Shown in pieces: positions 41,501 to 50,857 of a stretch of DNA of 64,000 bases. Each line of letters opens with the position of its first letter. The stretch's first letter is position 1. The translations under genes were made by a program, and so were the position numbers. The stretch is taken from assembly GCA_963797555.1 (NCBI GenBank), contig CAWCPV010000007.1, positions 148,085-212,084 on the forward strand, given 5' to 3'. The notes under the pieces are model-generated. The model was not told where the DNA came from and did not search any database. It saw only the letters and a list, made by a program, of their open reading frames with translations. Source of the stretch: an uncultured Gammaproteobacteria bacterium (GTDB taxonomy: Bacteria; Pseudomonadota; Gammaproteobacteria; CAWCPV01).

Positions 41501-42512
41501 TCACCGTTGCACCAACAAGACGGCGTGGCCGTCCGGATCCTTGACCATCAACCCCTTGGTGAACGGCATCCCGCTAAGCGTCACCACCCGCGGCGACACG
41601 AAGGTCACGTTCTGCCTCTCCAGGGCCGGCACCAGCTCTTCCAGGTCGTCCACCTGCAGCACCGAGTGCAGCGTGCACGGTGTCAGCGGCATGCGCCCCG
41701 GGCGGCGTCGGCCGGCCTCCCGCCGGGGTCAGGTACTGGAGAAATTCGATTCCAGGTCCTTCGGGGCTCTCCGGGTGCAGCCCGGTAACCCGCACCACCG
41801 CCCCGAACGCACCATCCAGGTGCTCCTGGGTGGGTCCGCTATTGAGGCTTCCGCCGCCCACCTTGAGGCCCAGGAGGTCCCGGTAGAAGGCCAGGCTGCG
41901 CTCGGTGCCCGAAACGGTAATGGCCGAATGGTCGATGCCCAGGAACAGCCGGTCGCTGGGGGCGTGCCACTTGGGCCGGCCCTTGTCCGGCGGGAAGTAA
42001 AGCAGCTCCAGGGGGTGACCGTCGGGGTCCTTGAACTTGAATGCCTGGACGCCGGCCGCCGCGGCATTCGCGGCCGGAATGGTCTGAGGCTCGCTGGAGA
42101 TGGCTTGAAACGGTGACTCGCCGAGGTGCCGGTAGGCCTTCTCCATGTCCGAGACCACGATGGCGAGGTGCTGAAACCACAGGTCGTTGGAGCGGCTGTC
42201 TATCAGGATCGGCTCGCCTCCCGGGGCCACGAACTGGTCCAGCTCGATGGCCTTGTCGCCCAGCCGCAGAGTCACGCTGCGCACCCGTGCGCCGAAAACC
42301 CCGGTGAGGGCGTCGTAACTCGGGTCCACGATGCGCCGCTCGGCGACCTTCTGGAAGCCGAGCACCTTCTCGTAGAAGGCCTCGGAGCGGTCAACGTCCG
42401 ATACGGTGAGCGCGAACCCCTGGACAGCACGGACCTGACCCAGAGCCGGCAAGGCAGCGAGGCCCAGGAGCGCGGCGCACAGCCATGCACCTGCCGTCCG
42501 CCTGCGCCACAT
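41501..42512 (-). CDS. Secreted two-domain VOC (glyoxalase/bleomycin-resistance/dioxygenase) family protein, apparent frameshift near 41700
   Basis: Start at the ATG at 42510-42512 (MWRRRTAGAWLCAALLGLAALPALG signal). Two VOC-like modules follow; the final ~60 aa (...VLQVDDLEELVPALERQNVTFVSP...GHAVLLVQR*) lie in a different frame (ORF 41501..41692). Confidence 0.6.
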
Positions 42513-42842
42513 CACCGCCGTTCCCAGAACTCTAGGCTCCATGCTCAGCCTCCACTCGCGGAATCCCAGTGCCTTCCGGTCTCGCACCGCCAGGCGCGGC
42601 TCCGGCGTGCCGTCTTTCGGGAGGGCTCCGCCCTTTCCTGCTCCCGGCCCGTACAACAGCTCAGAGCTTGTGAAGAAATCGTCGCGAGCGGCCCGAGAGC
42701 AAGGCGCACGGAGCGCAGCGACGAGACATATCAAGTAGATAGGCGAGGAGCGAGCACCGCGCAACGCCGCTATCGGGACGCGCAGCAGATCTATTCACAA
42801 GCTCTCAGACCTGTTCATGCCGGCGTGGTCCCGTAACGTGCT

Positions 42843-43319
42843 CTAGAACCCGAACTTCTTTCCGAGCAGATGATCCAGGGACAGCTTCCCCGGTCCGTGC
42901 AGCAGCAAGACCAACAGCATCAGCCCCCACACCTCGTGCTGCTCCAGGCCCGCTGCCATCAGCCCCGGATAAGAGATCACCGCGATGATGTTGAACACGA
43001 ACAGCACGAATGCCGCGAATCTGCCCGCGAGCCCCAGCACCAGCAGCACCGGGAAGAACAGCTCGGTGAAGGCGCCCATGTAGGCGGCCACCTCGGGCGG
43101 CAGCAGCGGCACGTGATACTCCTCCTGAAACAGCAGGACGGTCGTGTCCCAGCTCTGGATCTTGCTGAGCCCCGACCTGAAGAAGCCGTTGGCCACCCAC
43201 AGCCGCAACGCGAGATCCGCCAACGGGGACAGGAAATCCAGCCCGCGGTACACCACCTTTACCCAGCCGGCGGCACGCCCGAACAGCGACGGGGGCCCTG
43301 ATTGCATGACAGCGCTCAT
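42843..43319 (-). CDS. DoxX-family membrane protein (BufD-like position)
   Basis: 158 aa with four TM helices and the DoxX pattern; overlaps the DUF2063 gene by 4 bp. Confidence 0.7.
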   Translation of the reverse strand: MSAVMQSGPPSLFGRAAGWVKVVYRGLDFLSPLADLALRLWVANGFFRSGLSKIQSWDTTVLLFQEEYHVPLLPPEVAAYMGAFTELFFPVLLVLGLAGRFAAFVLFVFNIIAVISYPGLMAAGLEQHEVWGLMLLVLLLHGPGKLSLDHLLGKKFGF

Positions 43320-43975
43320 GTTTCACCTCCGATAGCGAACACGGGTTCCTCGTTCGAAGCCACGAATTCACTGCTGAAAAACTCCACCAAAGTGCCGCGT
43401 AGCACGTGATGCTGCAGGCAGGCGCTCAGGTCGAAATCCGATTGCACGTCCAAGGCGGATTCGCAGGCCTGGGCAAACGTTCGGTCCGCGCCCAGCTCCC
43501 GTAGCAGGGTGAACTCGGCTTCGCCGAGCGGCTCCAGCTCGACCTCCAACCGCTGCCGGGCGACGAGGATGCGAACGCCGCCCTCGGCAAGGTCCACGAC
43601 AGGATCGCCTTCGAAGCCCTCCTGATTGACTTGCCAGATGCGCAAGATGGGGTACGGAGACCGCACCAGGCGGGTCGCAGGGTGCAGGCGAAAACGAAGT
43701 CGTCCGTAATGGTCGGGGTCGAACGCCGCGAGCGCCGCCAGGTCCATCGGAGCGTGGCTCGCCTCGTGGAACACCCGGTGATAGGCCCACTCCAGCCGCG
43801 CAACGTCCGGCAGATAGGCTAGCTCCGCGGCGGGCGCCAACGCCTCCAGGAACTCGGCCAACTCTGCGCCGAAGTCGTGGAGGTTTCCGGATCGGGACGG
43901 GTGGGCCGGGACATAGCTCCTCGCCGCATAGCGGAAGAAGTCCCCGCCCACGAGCTTGTGCACCACCGGGTACAC
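43316..43975 (-). CDS. DUF2063-family protein (BufC-like partner of an MNIO enzyme)
   Basis: 219 aa in the DUF2063 pattern (putative DNA-binding-fold domain), immediately downstream of the DUF692 gene. Confidence 0.65.
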   Translation of the reverse strand: MYPVVHKLVGGDFFRYAARSYVPAHPSRSGNLHDFGAELAEFLEALAPAAELAYLPDVARLEWAYHRVFHEASHAPMDLAALAAFDPDHYGRLRFRLHPATRLVRSPYPILRIWQVNQEGFEGDPVVDLAEGGVRILVARQRLEVELEPLGEAEFTLLRELGADRTFAQACESALDVQSDFDLSACLQHHVLRGTLVEFFSSEFVASNEEPVFAIGGET

Positions 43976-44122
43976 GGCTCCCAGGGCGTCCGTCAGGCTC
44001 GCAAAGGTGTTGTTGCGGTAAACCTGGAGCCTCTCTTGCCGCTCAGCCCCCGACCCTGTATCCGCCCAGCGAGACCGGCATCCGTCTCGCCGAACACGGA
44101 CTGAGCGAAGGCGAGCTGCATA

Positions 44123-44991
44123 TCACGCGGCGAGCGCACGGCGTTCCTCCAGGCAACTTTCCGCTCGGCGGGCCTCGGCCAGCAGCACGGCGAGAGGCGG
44201 GATGTCGGCGTCCCACTCGATGAGCGTCGGAGCCGCCCCGAAGCGCTCCAGGGCGCAGCGATAGAGCGCCCAGACCGGATCGGCGACGCGCCGGCTGTGG
44301 GTGTCGATGAGAATCTCTCCGTCCTCGAAGCGGTTGACGCTGTAGCCGGCCAGATGAATCTCCTGCACCGGGGCGACGGGGATGGCGTCGAGGTAGTCGT
44401 GCGCGTCGAAGCCGTGGTTCGTCGCGCTGACGTAGACGTTGTTCACGTCCAGCAGGATCCCGCAGCCCGAGCGGCGGGAGACCTCGGACAGGAACTCCGC
44501 CTCGGGGATCGTAGAGTCTTCATACTGCAGGTAGCTCGATACGTTCTCCACCAGTATCTGGCGACCCAGGAATTCCTGGACCTGCGCGATGCGCTCCGCC
44601 ACGTGCCCGAGCGCTTCCTCGGTGTAGGGCAGCGGCAGCAGATCGTTCAGGTAGCGCCCCCCACGGAGCTCCAGGACAGATGCTCCGAGACGAGGAACGG
44701 CTCGACGCGCCGCGAGAGGGCACTGAGCTGCTGCAGGTGCCCCACACTCAGCGGGTCTGTGGAGCCGAGGGACAGCCCCACCCCGTGCAAGCTCACGGGA
44801 TAGTGGGCGCGCACCCGCTCCAAGTAATCCAGCGGCGGGCCGCCGCCGAAGTAGTTCTCGCTGTGCACCTCCAGCCATCCGACGGCTGGAAGCGTGTCCA
44901 GCACCTCGCGGTAATGGACCGCCCGGAGGCCGATCCCGGCACGCGCCGGGACCGGCTCCAGCTCGCCGCGCTTTGCATCCGGAGCGAGCAT
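44123..44991 (-). CDS. DUF692 / MNIO (multinuclear non-heme iron oxidative) enzyme, BufB-like, apparent frameshift near 44640
   Basis: ATG at 44989-44991 (MLAPDAKRG...[13 protein letters not shown]...EVHSENYF). The C-terminal half (...[19 protein letters not shown]...[20 protein letters not shown]...) is in ORF 44123..45220. Both halves match DUF692 (xylose-isomerase-like TIM barrel). Confidence 0.7.
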
Positions 44992-44999
44992 GACCCGCC

Positions 45000-45266
45000 T
45001 CACCCCTTCTTCGGCTCCAGGCTGCCGCCCACGATCTTCTCGCAGGCCCCCTTGGGCAGATAGATCCACGACATGGGGTCGCTGTCCATCTTGACCTGCC
45101 CGGCACAGGCGTGGGTGCTGGTCTGACAGTCGTTCTTGCCGGCCTTGACGACGCCGTAACACTTCTCGGCTTTCTTCTCGGCGGCCACGGCCTGTCCGGC
45201 GCTCGCCAGGCCCAGCGCAACCACGCCAGCCATCGCGGAAATCAGAAGGGTCTTCGTGTCTCTCAT
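45000..45266 (-). CDS. bufA: DUF2282-type bufferin-like RiPP precursor (Sec signal peptide + four-Cys core)
   Basis: [29 protein letters not shown], then a core with four Cys (EKCYGV, NDCQ, HACAG, GACEK). Its stop at 45000-45002 lies 9 bp before the DUF692 start. Confidence 0.7.
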   Translation of the reverse strand: MRDTKTLLISAMAGVVALGLASAGQAVAAEKKAEKCYGVVKAGKNDCQTSTHACAGQVKMDSDPMSWIYLPKGACEKIVGGSLEPKKG

Positions 45267-45613
45267 CGACGGTCTCCTATCAGCATCTCACTCAGGATTC
45301 AGGCTCCTTGCCCAAGGCGCCGCGCTCTGCGCGGCCTCGTCCCTGAGAACCGACCCGCGGGACGCGGGGCCTGGCCCGGCGTGCTCCCCGCGGATGGTGA
45401 CAATTGTGGCGGGTCGATCTCACGGCACGTTCACGAACGGATAACATTTCTGTTACGGGCGGGATCTGCGCCGTCGTCTCCGCCGGTGCCCCCAACCCCC
45501 GGCTCGGCGGGGCGCGCAGGAGCAGCAAGACGGGTCTGGTCGTGCACAGAGTTCCGCCGGGAACACCCGGCCGCGGGGTGCCCGCGCCGTGCCTTGGGAG
45601 AAGCCCCAAGCCC

Positions 45614-46405
45614 TCAGACCGGCCTGTGGCCGTGATACTCACAGAAGATGCAGCGCTTCTTGTTCTGGTGGTGAAGCTTGGCGCAAAAGACGCGCCGCGC
45701 GCCCCTCGCCCGGACGTAAACCTCGGCCGCAAGCAGCATTCCCAGCGGCGGCGCGGTGAAGTACAGCCACAGCGAGCCCCAGGCGTGGGCGGAGAAGGCC
45801 GAACCGAAGGTGCGGGCAGGGTTCATGCTCATGCCGGAGAGCGGCGCCTCGATGCTGATGTAGATCGCCACCAGGGCGCCCGCGAACAGGCCCGTGAGGT
45901 GCGCGATGCGCGCGGTGTTCGTCACGAGGAGCACCATGCTCATAAGCAGAAAGGAGATGAGCAGCTCCGCGGCGAAAGCCACCCATGGCCCCTGCGGACC
46001 AGGCATCGTCACCACATAGTTCACCTGCATGTGGGCCACGAACCCGCGAGACAGGTAGACCATGAGGGCGACGCCCAGGGTGCCGCCGAGAAACTGGGCC
46101 AAAACGTAGAACAGAGCGTCCCAGCCCGCGACCTTGCCGAGCCGGAAGAAGGTCAGGGTCACCGCGGGATTGATGTGCGCCCCCGACTGCTTCCCCCAGG
46201 GGGAGTAGATGATGCCGATGGCGGTCAGGCCCATGGCGAGCCCGAAGATCACGCGCCGCACGACCGGATCGGGGATGAGTGGCGGGACCGGAGACCCAAG
46301 GTGCAGAAGAACGATTCCGACCAGGCAGGCCGAGACCATGAACAGGCCGAGACCCGCGCCCTCCATCAGGTACTCAGGCCAGTGCCGCTGCAGTGCATGC
46401 CACAT
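45614..46405 (-). CDS. aqpZ: Aquaporin Z with a Cys/His-rich C-terminal extension
   Basis: Two NPA boxes (HINPAVT, SMNPARTF) and six TM helices. Unusual ~30-aa tail ...FCAKLHHQNKKRCIFCEYHGHRPV. Confidence 0.85.
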   Translation of the reverse strand: MWHALQRHWPEYLMEGAGLGLFMVSACLVGIVLLHLGSPVPPLIPDPVVRRVIFGLAMGLTAIGIIYSPWGKQSGAHINPAVTLTFFRLGKVAGWDALFYVLAQFLGGTLGVALMVYLSRGFVAHMQVNYVVTMPGPQGPWVAFAAELLISFLLMSMVLLVTNTARIAHLTGLFAGALVAIYISIEAPLSGMSMNPARTFGSAFSAHAWGSLWLYFTAPPLGMLLAAEVYVRARGARRVFCAKLHHQNKKRCIFCEYHGHRPV

Positions 46406-46513
46406 GTTGAAACCTCCGCACGGAGAACCCCAGGAGGCGGCGCCATCATCCGGCTGCGGCTGCGAAGCAGGCCTGCGCTGCCATGGTGTCCGCCTGGCGG
46501 CGTCTCCGATCCC

Positions 46514-48125
46514 TCAGTCGGGGCGGATTCCTGGCGTGTTCATACGCATCCGGTACAGCCCCGTCTGCGCCGCGAGATAGAGCGTCTTGCCGTCGGCATC
46601 TCCCCAGGCGAGGTTGTGGGGATGCTCGGGCCCACGCAGCGTGCCGAGATGTTTGCCTTCGGGGGAGAGGATCCACAGGCCGCCGGGCCCCGACACATAG
46701 AGGTTGCCGAGCCGGTCCACCTTGATGCCGTCGATGGCGTCCTCACCGGGCTGGGCCGTCATGTCGAAGAACACCTCTCCCGCGCCCAACGTGCCGTCGG
46801 GTTTCACGGGATAGCGCATGACCACCTTGCGCTTCGGGTCCCAGTCCCCTACGTACAGGTAGCTCTCGTCGGGCGAGAACGCGATGCCGTTGGGGCCGGC
46901 CAGATCCCGGGCGACCATATCGACCTTGCCGTTGCGCACGCGGAACACGCCGCTGAACGGGAGTTCCTTACGGCGATCGTCGAAGAATTTGGGCAGCCCG
47001 AAGGGCGGGTCGGTGACGTAGAGGTCGCCATTGGAACGGTAGACGAGGTCGTTCGGGCTGTTCAGCCGCTTGCCCTGATAGCGGTCGGCGAGCACGGTGA
47101 GCACACCGTTCTTCTCCAGGCGAGTGACCCGTCGGTTGCCGTGCTCGTTGATGGTGAGCCGGTGCTCCCGGTCCAGGGTCAGGCCGTTGGAGCCCGGCTG
47201 GCCATACTCGACGATGTCGAAGCCGGTATAGCCGCTCTTCGGGCGGAAGATGAACAGCTCGCCCTGCGGTGTCCAGCGGTAAATGATGTTGTCGTTGGGG
47301 TCGCTGAACAGCAGGTAGCCGTCCGGGTGCCACACCGGCCCCTCGGTAAACTGGAAGCCTTCGGCCAGCTTCTCCAGCTTGGGATTCTCGGGAACGATCG
47401 CATCCAGCGCCTTATCGAGGCGGACCACCTCCACGGGAACGGACACTCCCACCCCAGCGTGTTCCGGTCCATAGAAGTCCAGGGTTGCGGAGCGCACCCA
47501 GATGAAGTTCCCGGGCGGATCGGACAGCGGACCATTGACGCCGGACACCGCGAGCTGGATGCGTTGGCCCGGCTTGAGGTCGCGACCGATGACCACGCAG
47601 TTCGGGGCGTTGTAGCCACGCACGAGCCCACCTCCGGTCTGCCCCAAGACCTGCGGCAGGCGGCCGTCCACCCAGACCTCGGCGTAGTCGTCGACCACGA
47701 TCTCGAAGACCGCGGTAGAGCCGGTGGTGCCGAACCGCCCGATGCGCTCCGGGATGGTGATGGCGGTGCGGTACCAGTTGAAGCTGAGCCGCCCGGTTCC
47801 GCGGCGCCCATCGAGTGCGGCGGGATCCAGCACTTCCCAGCCCGAATCGTCGAAGCCGACCGCTCCGGCGCGGGGGACCACGTCGTGAGTCCTATTGGGC
47901 GGGGCCGCTCGGCTTCAGGTCCGGACCGGGGCTGTGGTGCGCGACGTCGACCACCTGCGCCTCGCTGTAACGCCACTGCCCCTTCACGAGAGCGACACCT
48001 GCCGCGCTGCGCAGGTCGACCGTCGCGTCCGGCCGGTGGTCGAGGGCACTCAAAGACCTCGGGGCCGCGCAGCAGGCGGCCGGCAGACCAAGCGCTGCGG
48101 CCGTGAGCAGCAGTGCGAGGGCGCG
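46514..48125 (-). CDS. Secreted SMP-30/gluconolactonase/LRE-like beta-propeller protein with an N-terminal beta-sandwich domain, apparent frameshift near 47885
   Basis: ORF 46514..47881 contains the SGL pattern (FTEGPVWHPDGYLLFSD...NGLTLD...NDLV...NGIAFSPD). A signal-peptide ORF (VSRALALLLTAAALGLPAACCAAP...) lies upstream in another frame (47892..48227). Confidence 0.55.
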
Positions 48126-48441
48126 GCTCACGACGCACCTCCCGCGGAGATCGGCTTCACCACGAAGTACAGCGATGTGGCACTTCTGCGCCGCCAACGG
48201 CCGGGCTATCTGCAACGGCCGGAACATCGACGACAGGCGGCGGTGCCAATTGGCAACGTGTCCGGTCTAACCCCTGTGCGGGCGGGTGGCATTGCGGCCG
48301 GGCAAGGCAAGCCGGTGAGGGGTGCGACCTAGACGAAAAGCATCCCTCCCGAGTCTCCCTGACGTGAACCGATCGGTGCGGACCCGCATGCCATGGTGCT
48401 GTGGGGCTGGGGTGAAACACCCCCGGCTACCGATTGGGCAC

Positions 48442-48801
48442 TCAAAACGTAATACATTTATCCCTTTCCAAAATAGCGGACATATAGTCCGACGTTCCCT
48501 TAATAACTGCCCCTTCGACTAAATCGGCAGATACAATCTGTCTTCCTGTAGCACACGCACTACATACCCAAATCTGGACTCCGGCGCTCTGAATCACAGC
48601 CAACAAATCCTTGAGTGGCGGCAGATTCACTGCAATCACATGGTTGGCGACCCCAATCTTGGCAAGGATCACGGCCTCATTCCAAAGCCATAGAACCACA
48701 TCATGTCCTTGTTCCTTGGCTGCCTTGGCAACCATGAAGGGAAGCGTCGCCATTGTTGGATCATCCGTTCCCCGAGTTCCGGAAATAATGAATGTCGTCA
48801 T
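48442..48801 (-). CDS. DsrE/DsrF-like (sulfur-relay/peroxiredoxin-like) family protein
   Basis: 119 aa starting MTTFIISGTRGTDDPTMATLPFMVAKAA...; strong Shine-Dalgarno sequence 8 nt upstream. Confidence 0.6.
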   Translation of the reverse strand: MTTFIISGTRGTDDPTMATLPFMVAKAAKEQGHDVVLWLWNEAVILAKIGVANHVIAVNLPPLKDLLAVIQSAGVQIWVCSACATGRQIVSADLVEGAVIKGTSDYMSAILERDKCITF

Positions 48802-48810
48802 AACGTTGTT

Positions 48811-48819
48811 ACCTCCCTT
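48811..48819 (-). promoter_or_regulatory. Shine-Dalgarno sequence AAGGGAGGT for the DsrE-like gene
   Basis: The reverse complement of 48811-48819 reads AAGGGAGGT, placed 9 nt before the ATG at 48801. Confidence 0.5.
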
Positions 48820-49408
48820 CGTCTTAGCCATCGTCTTCCCAACCGGATCGGGTCCGAGGTTCTGACCGCTCGCCTCTGGTGTCGCCGTCTGCTCCTTTGG
48901 AAGCTGGACCAACCGACCTCGCGGCACCGTCCAGCGGCGCGTTCGCCCCGCTCCCGACCTGTCCCTGCGGGGTTTACTCCCATTGTCACGGGAAGTCAAT
49001 GTCACCACCGGCTACAAGCCGGTGGCTTGAGTTGGGCACTGTAAGTGCCGGTTCCGGCTGAAGCCCGCTGCAAACCACCCGCCCCAAGGCGGTTCATTGC
49101 GACTCCAAGTCGCCCCCCTCAACGACCTGAAACCGATCTTCGGTCCTCTGCCCAACATCGCCGCGCAACACCCCCTTGTGGTACTTGGTACACTACACCA
49201 AGTGCACGTGCAGCCGAAAAACCGAGTGCGTCCCTCGCCTATAAGCGCTCATCCCCCTAAGCTACAAGGGCAGGCCCAAAGCTTCCAGCTCAAGCTGGGG
49301 GTTTGAACCCTCCCATGGGGTGACAATCAATAGGAAATTTTCCCGTTTTTCGGTTCGCTGCGGAAGGTAAGATCTGACTCCGGCACCGCATAACCACGAT
49401 GGGCACCC

Positions 49409-50326
49409 ATGAGCAAGAAGAAGTCGCACCAGCATCTCTTCAATGAGGAATGGGTAAAACAAGCCAGCGCCGATCGGAACCCAGCTTCATGGGCCACCCG
49501 GGCACTCGATGACTCCACCGGGGGGCAGGTCTACCTAGCCACCTTGGAGCAATGGTTTGATGCGTACCCGTTGAAGACGGACGATAAGAGTCAGATGGCC
49601 GGTCGGCTTCGGAACCTAAAAGAAAATGAGGCTCACCTCGGTGCCGTGAATGAACTAGTGTGGTGGCAATTGATGAAACGGATGGACTGGAAAGCTGAAC
49701 CCGTGCCCTGTAAGAAAGGAGTTTACACGCCAGACTTTCTGGTTCGGCATCCTCACAGATTGCATGTGGAGGTCACCACTGAGAACGTGTCGGCTAAAGA
49801 TCGCGCCGACGTACGGCCCTTAGATCACAAAGAAACGGCGCGGAGGTTGCTCAATATCGTTTGTGGCAAGAAAGGCCAGCTTTGCGCCGCAGCAGCCGAA
49901 GGCCAGCCGATCGCCCTCGCCGTCTTCGACTATACGGCATGGAGTGGCTTTGGGGCGGAGGTGGCGCGGGGTATTGCAGAGTATGTGGTATGTCCAGACA
50001 GGCTCAACGCCACGATCCCGGCCGAAGCATCGGCCATCGTGTTCGTACTCTCGCAGTTCGACGGTGAGCGGTTCAGGGTCAGCGTAGATCAGTCGGCCGT
50101 GTACCATAACCCCGTAGCCACGCATCCCCTGCCCGAATCAGTCTTCTCCTGGTTCCCCAATACCGGTTTACAGCCGAGCGTCTCTCCCCGACCGCCCCCG
50201 CATGGATATGCTTATAGTGGCTACGAGGGGGGGAACGTGGTCGAGCTCGGCCTGGGATCGAGCGTGGAATGTTGGCCTGCCGGGAAACCTGTCCGCAGCA
50301 CGCACCGAAAGTCGTCCCAACCGTAG
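49409..50326 (+). CDS. Hypothetical protein (305 aa), possible PD-(D/E)xK-like motif, lower-GC region
   Basis: ORF in a locally AT-richer segment. The segment TPDFLV...HVEVTTE resembles a D...(D/E)xK nuclease core; this is weak. Confidence 0.35.
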   Translation: MSKKKSHQHLFNEEWVKQASADRNPASWATRALDDSTGGQVYLATLEQWFDAYPLKTDDKSQMAGRLRNLKENEAHLGAVNELVWWQLMKRMDWKAEPVPCKKGVYTPDFLVRHPHRLHVEVTTENVSAKDRADVRPLDHKETARRLLNIVCGKKGQLCAAAAEGQPIALAVFDYTAWSGFGAEVARGIAEYVVCPDRLNATIPAEASAIVFVLSQFDGERFRVSVDQSAVYHNPVATHPLPESVFSWFPNTGLQPSVSPRPPPHGYAYSGYEGGNVVELGLGSSVECWPAGKPVRSTHRKSSQP

Positions 50327-50379
50327 CTGTCCGCCGGGCGCAGCCAGGGGCGGGAACGTGCTTTGCTGGCTTCTTCCGT

Positions 50380-50740
50380 TCACCCAGGTCGGGGCTGATC
50401 TGTCGCGCCGGCTGACACCTTCAACACGAGGTTGTTGACGTGTTCTCGGATCGGCTCAATGCCCTGGGCATCGTAGTCTTCTCGCGTTGGGCGAATGACG
50501 TACTTGATTCGAGAGGCTTCGTCTGTGGGCGGATTCGGGCGATCCCACGGCCGCTTCGGCAGGTTGTCTCCCCTGACGCGATGTGTCTTCCATGCCCATT
50601 CTCCCTGGACCTCCCCGTCTTTCCAGTGGTGGGCGAGGCGCGTAATAGGGTCCCATATCCATTGCACCTCCCAGTCAGCCTGAACCGGTCGACAGTCAAC
50701 TTCTGCGCCATGATGAGGTAAAAGGACGGCCATAGCGTAC
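50380..50740 (-). pseudogene. Displaced 3' end of the sacsin-like/DUF3883 gene (continues 31609..33673 in frame if the 36175-50740 segment is re-inverted)
   Basis: The reverse complement of 50733-50740 (GTACGCTA) equals the 8-mer at 33666-33673. Joining ...GAC AGG TAC GCT A to the reverse complement of 50732..50380 continues the reading frame for 118 codons (MAVLLPHHGAEVDC...) to a stop. Confidence 0.5.
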
Positions 50741-50857
50741 GTAACCGTTCACCCCCCTGGAATATTTTGACCCGGAGGGCTGGACAAAACGGTTCCAGCG
50801 TGAGACAGTTGGGTGCCCTTGGCAGGATGTTCCTCGACCTCACTGTCACACACAATC

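Noticed and set aside
45404-48106. 900-aa plus-strand ORF
   Set aside because: It is antisense to aqpZ and the lactonase gene. No domain signal; same GC-rich antisense artefact.
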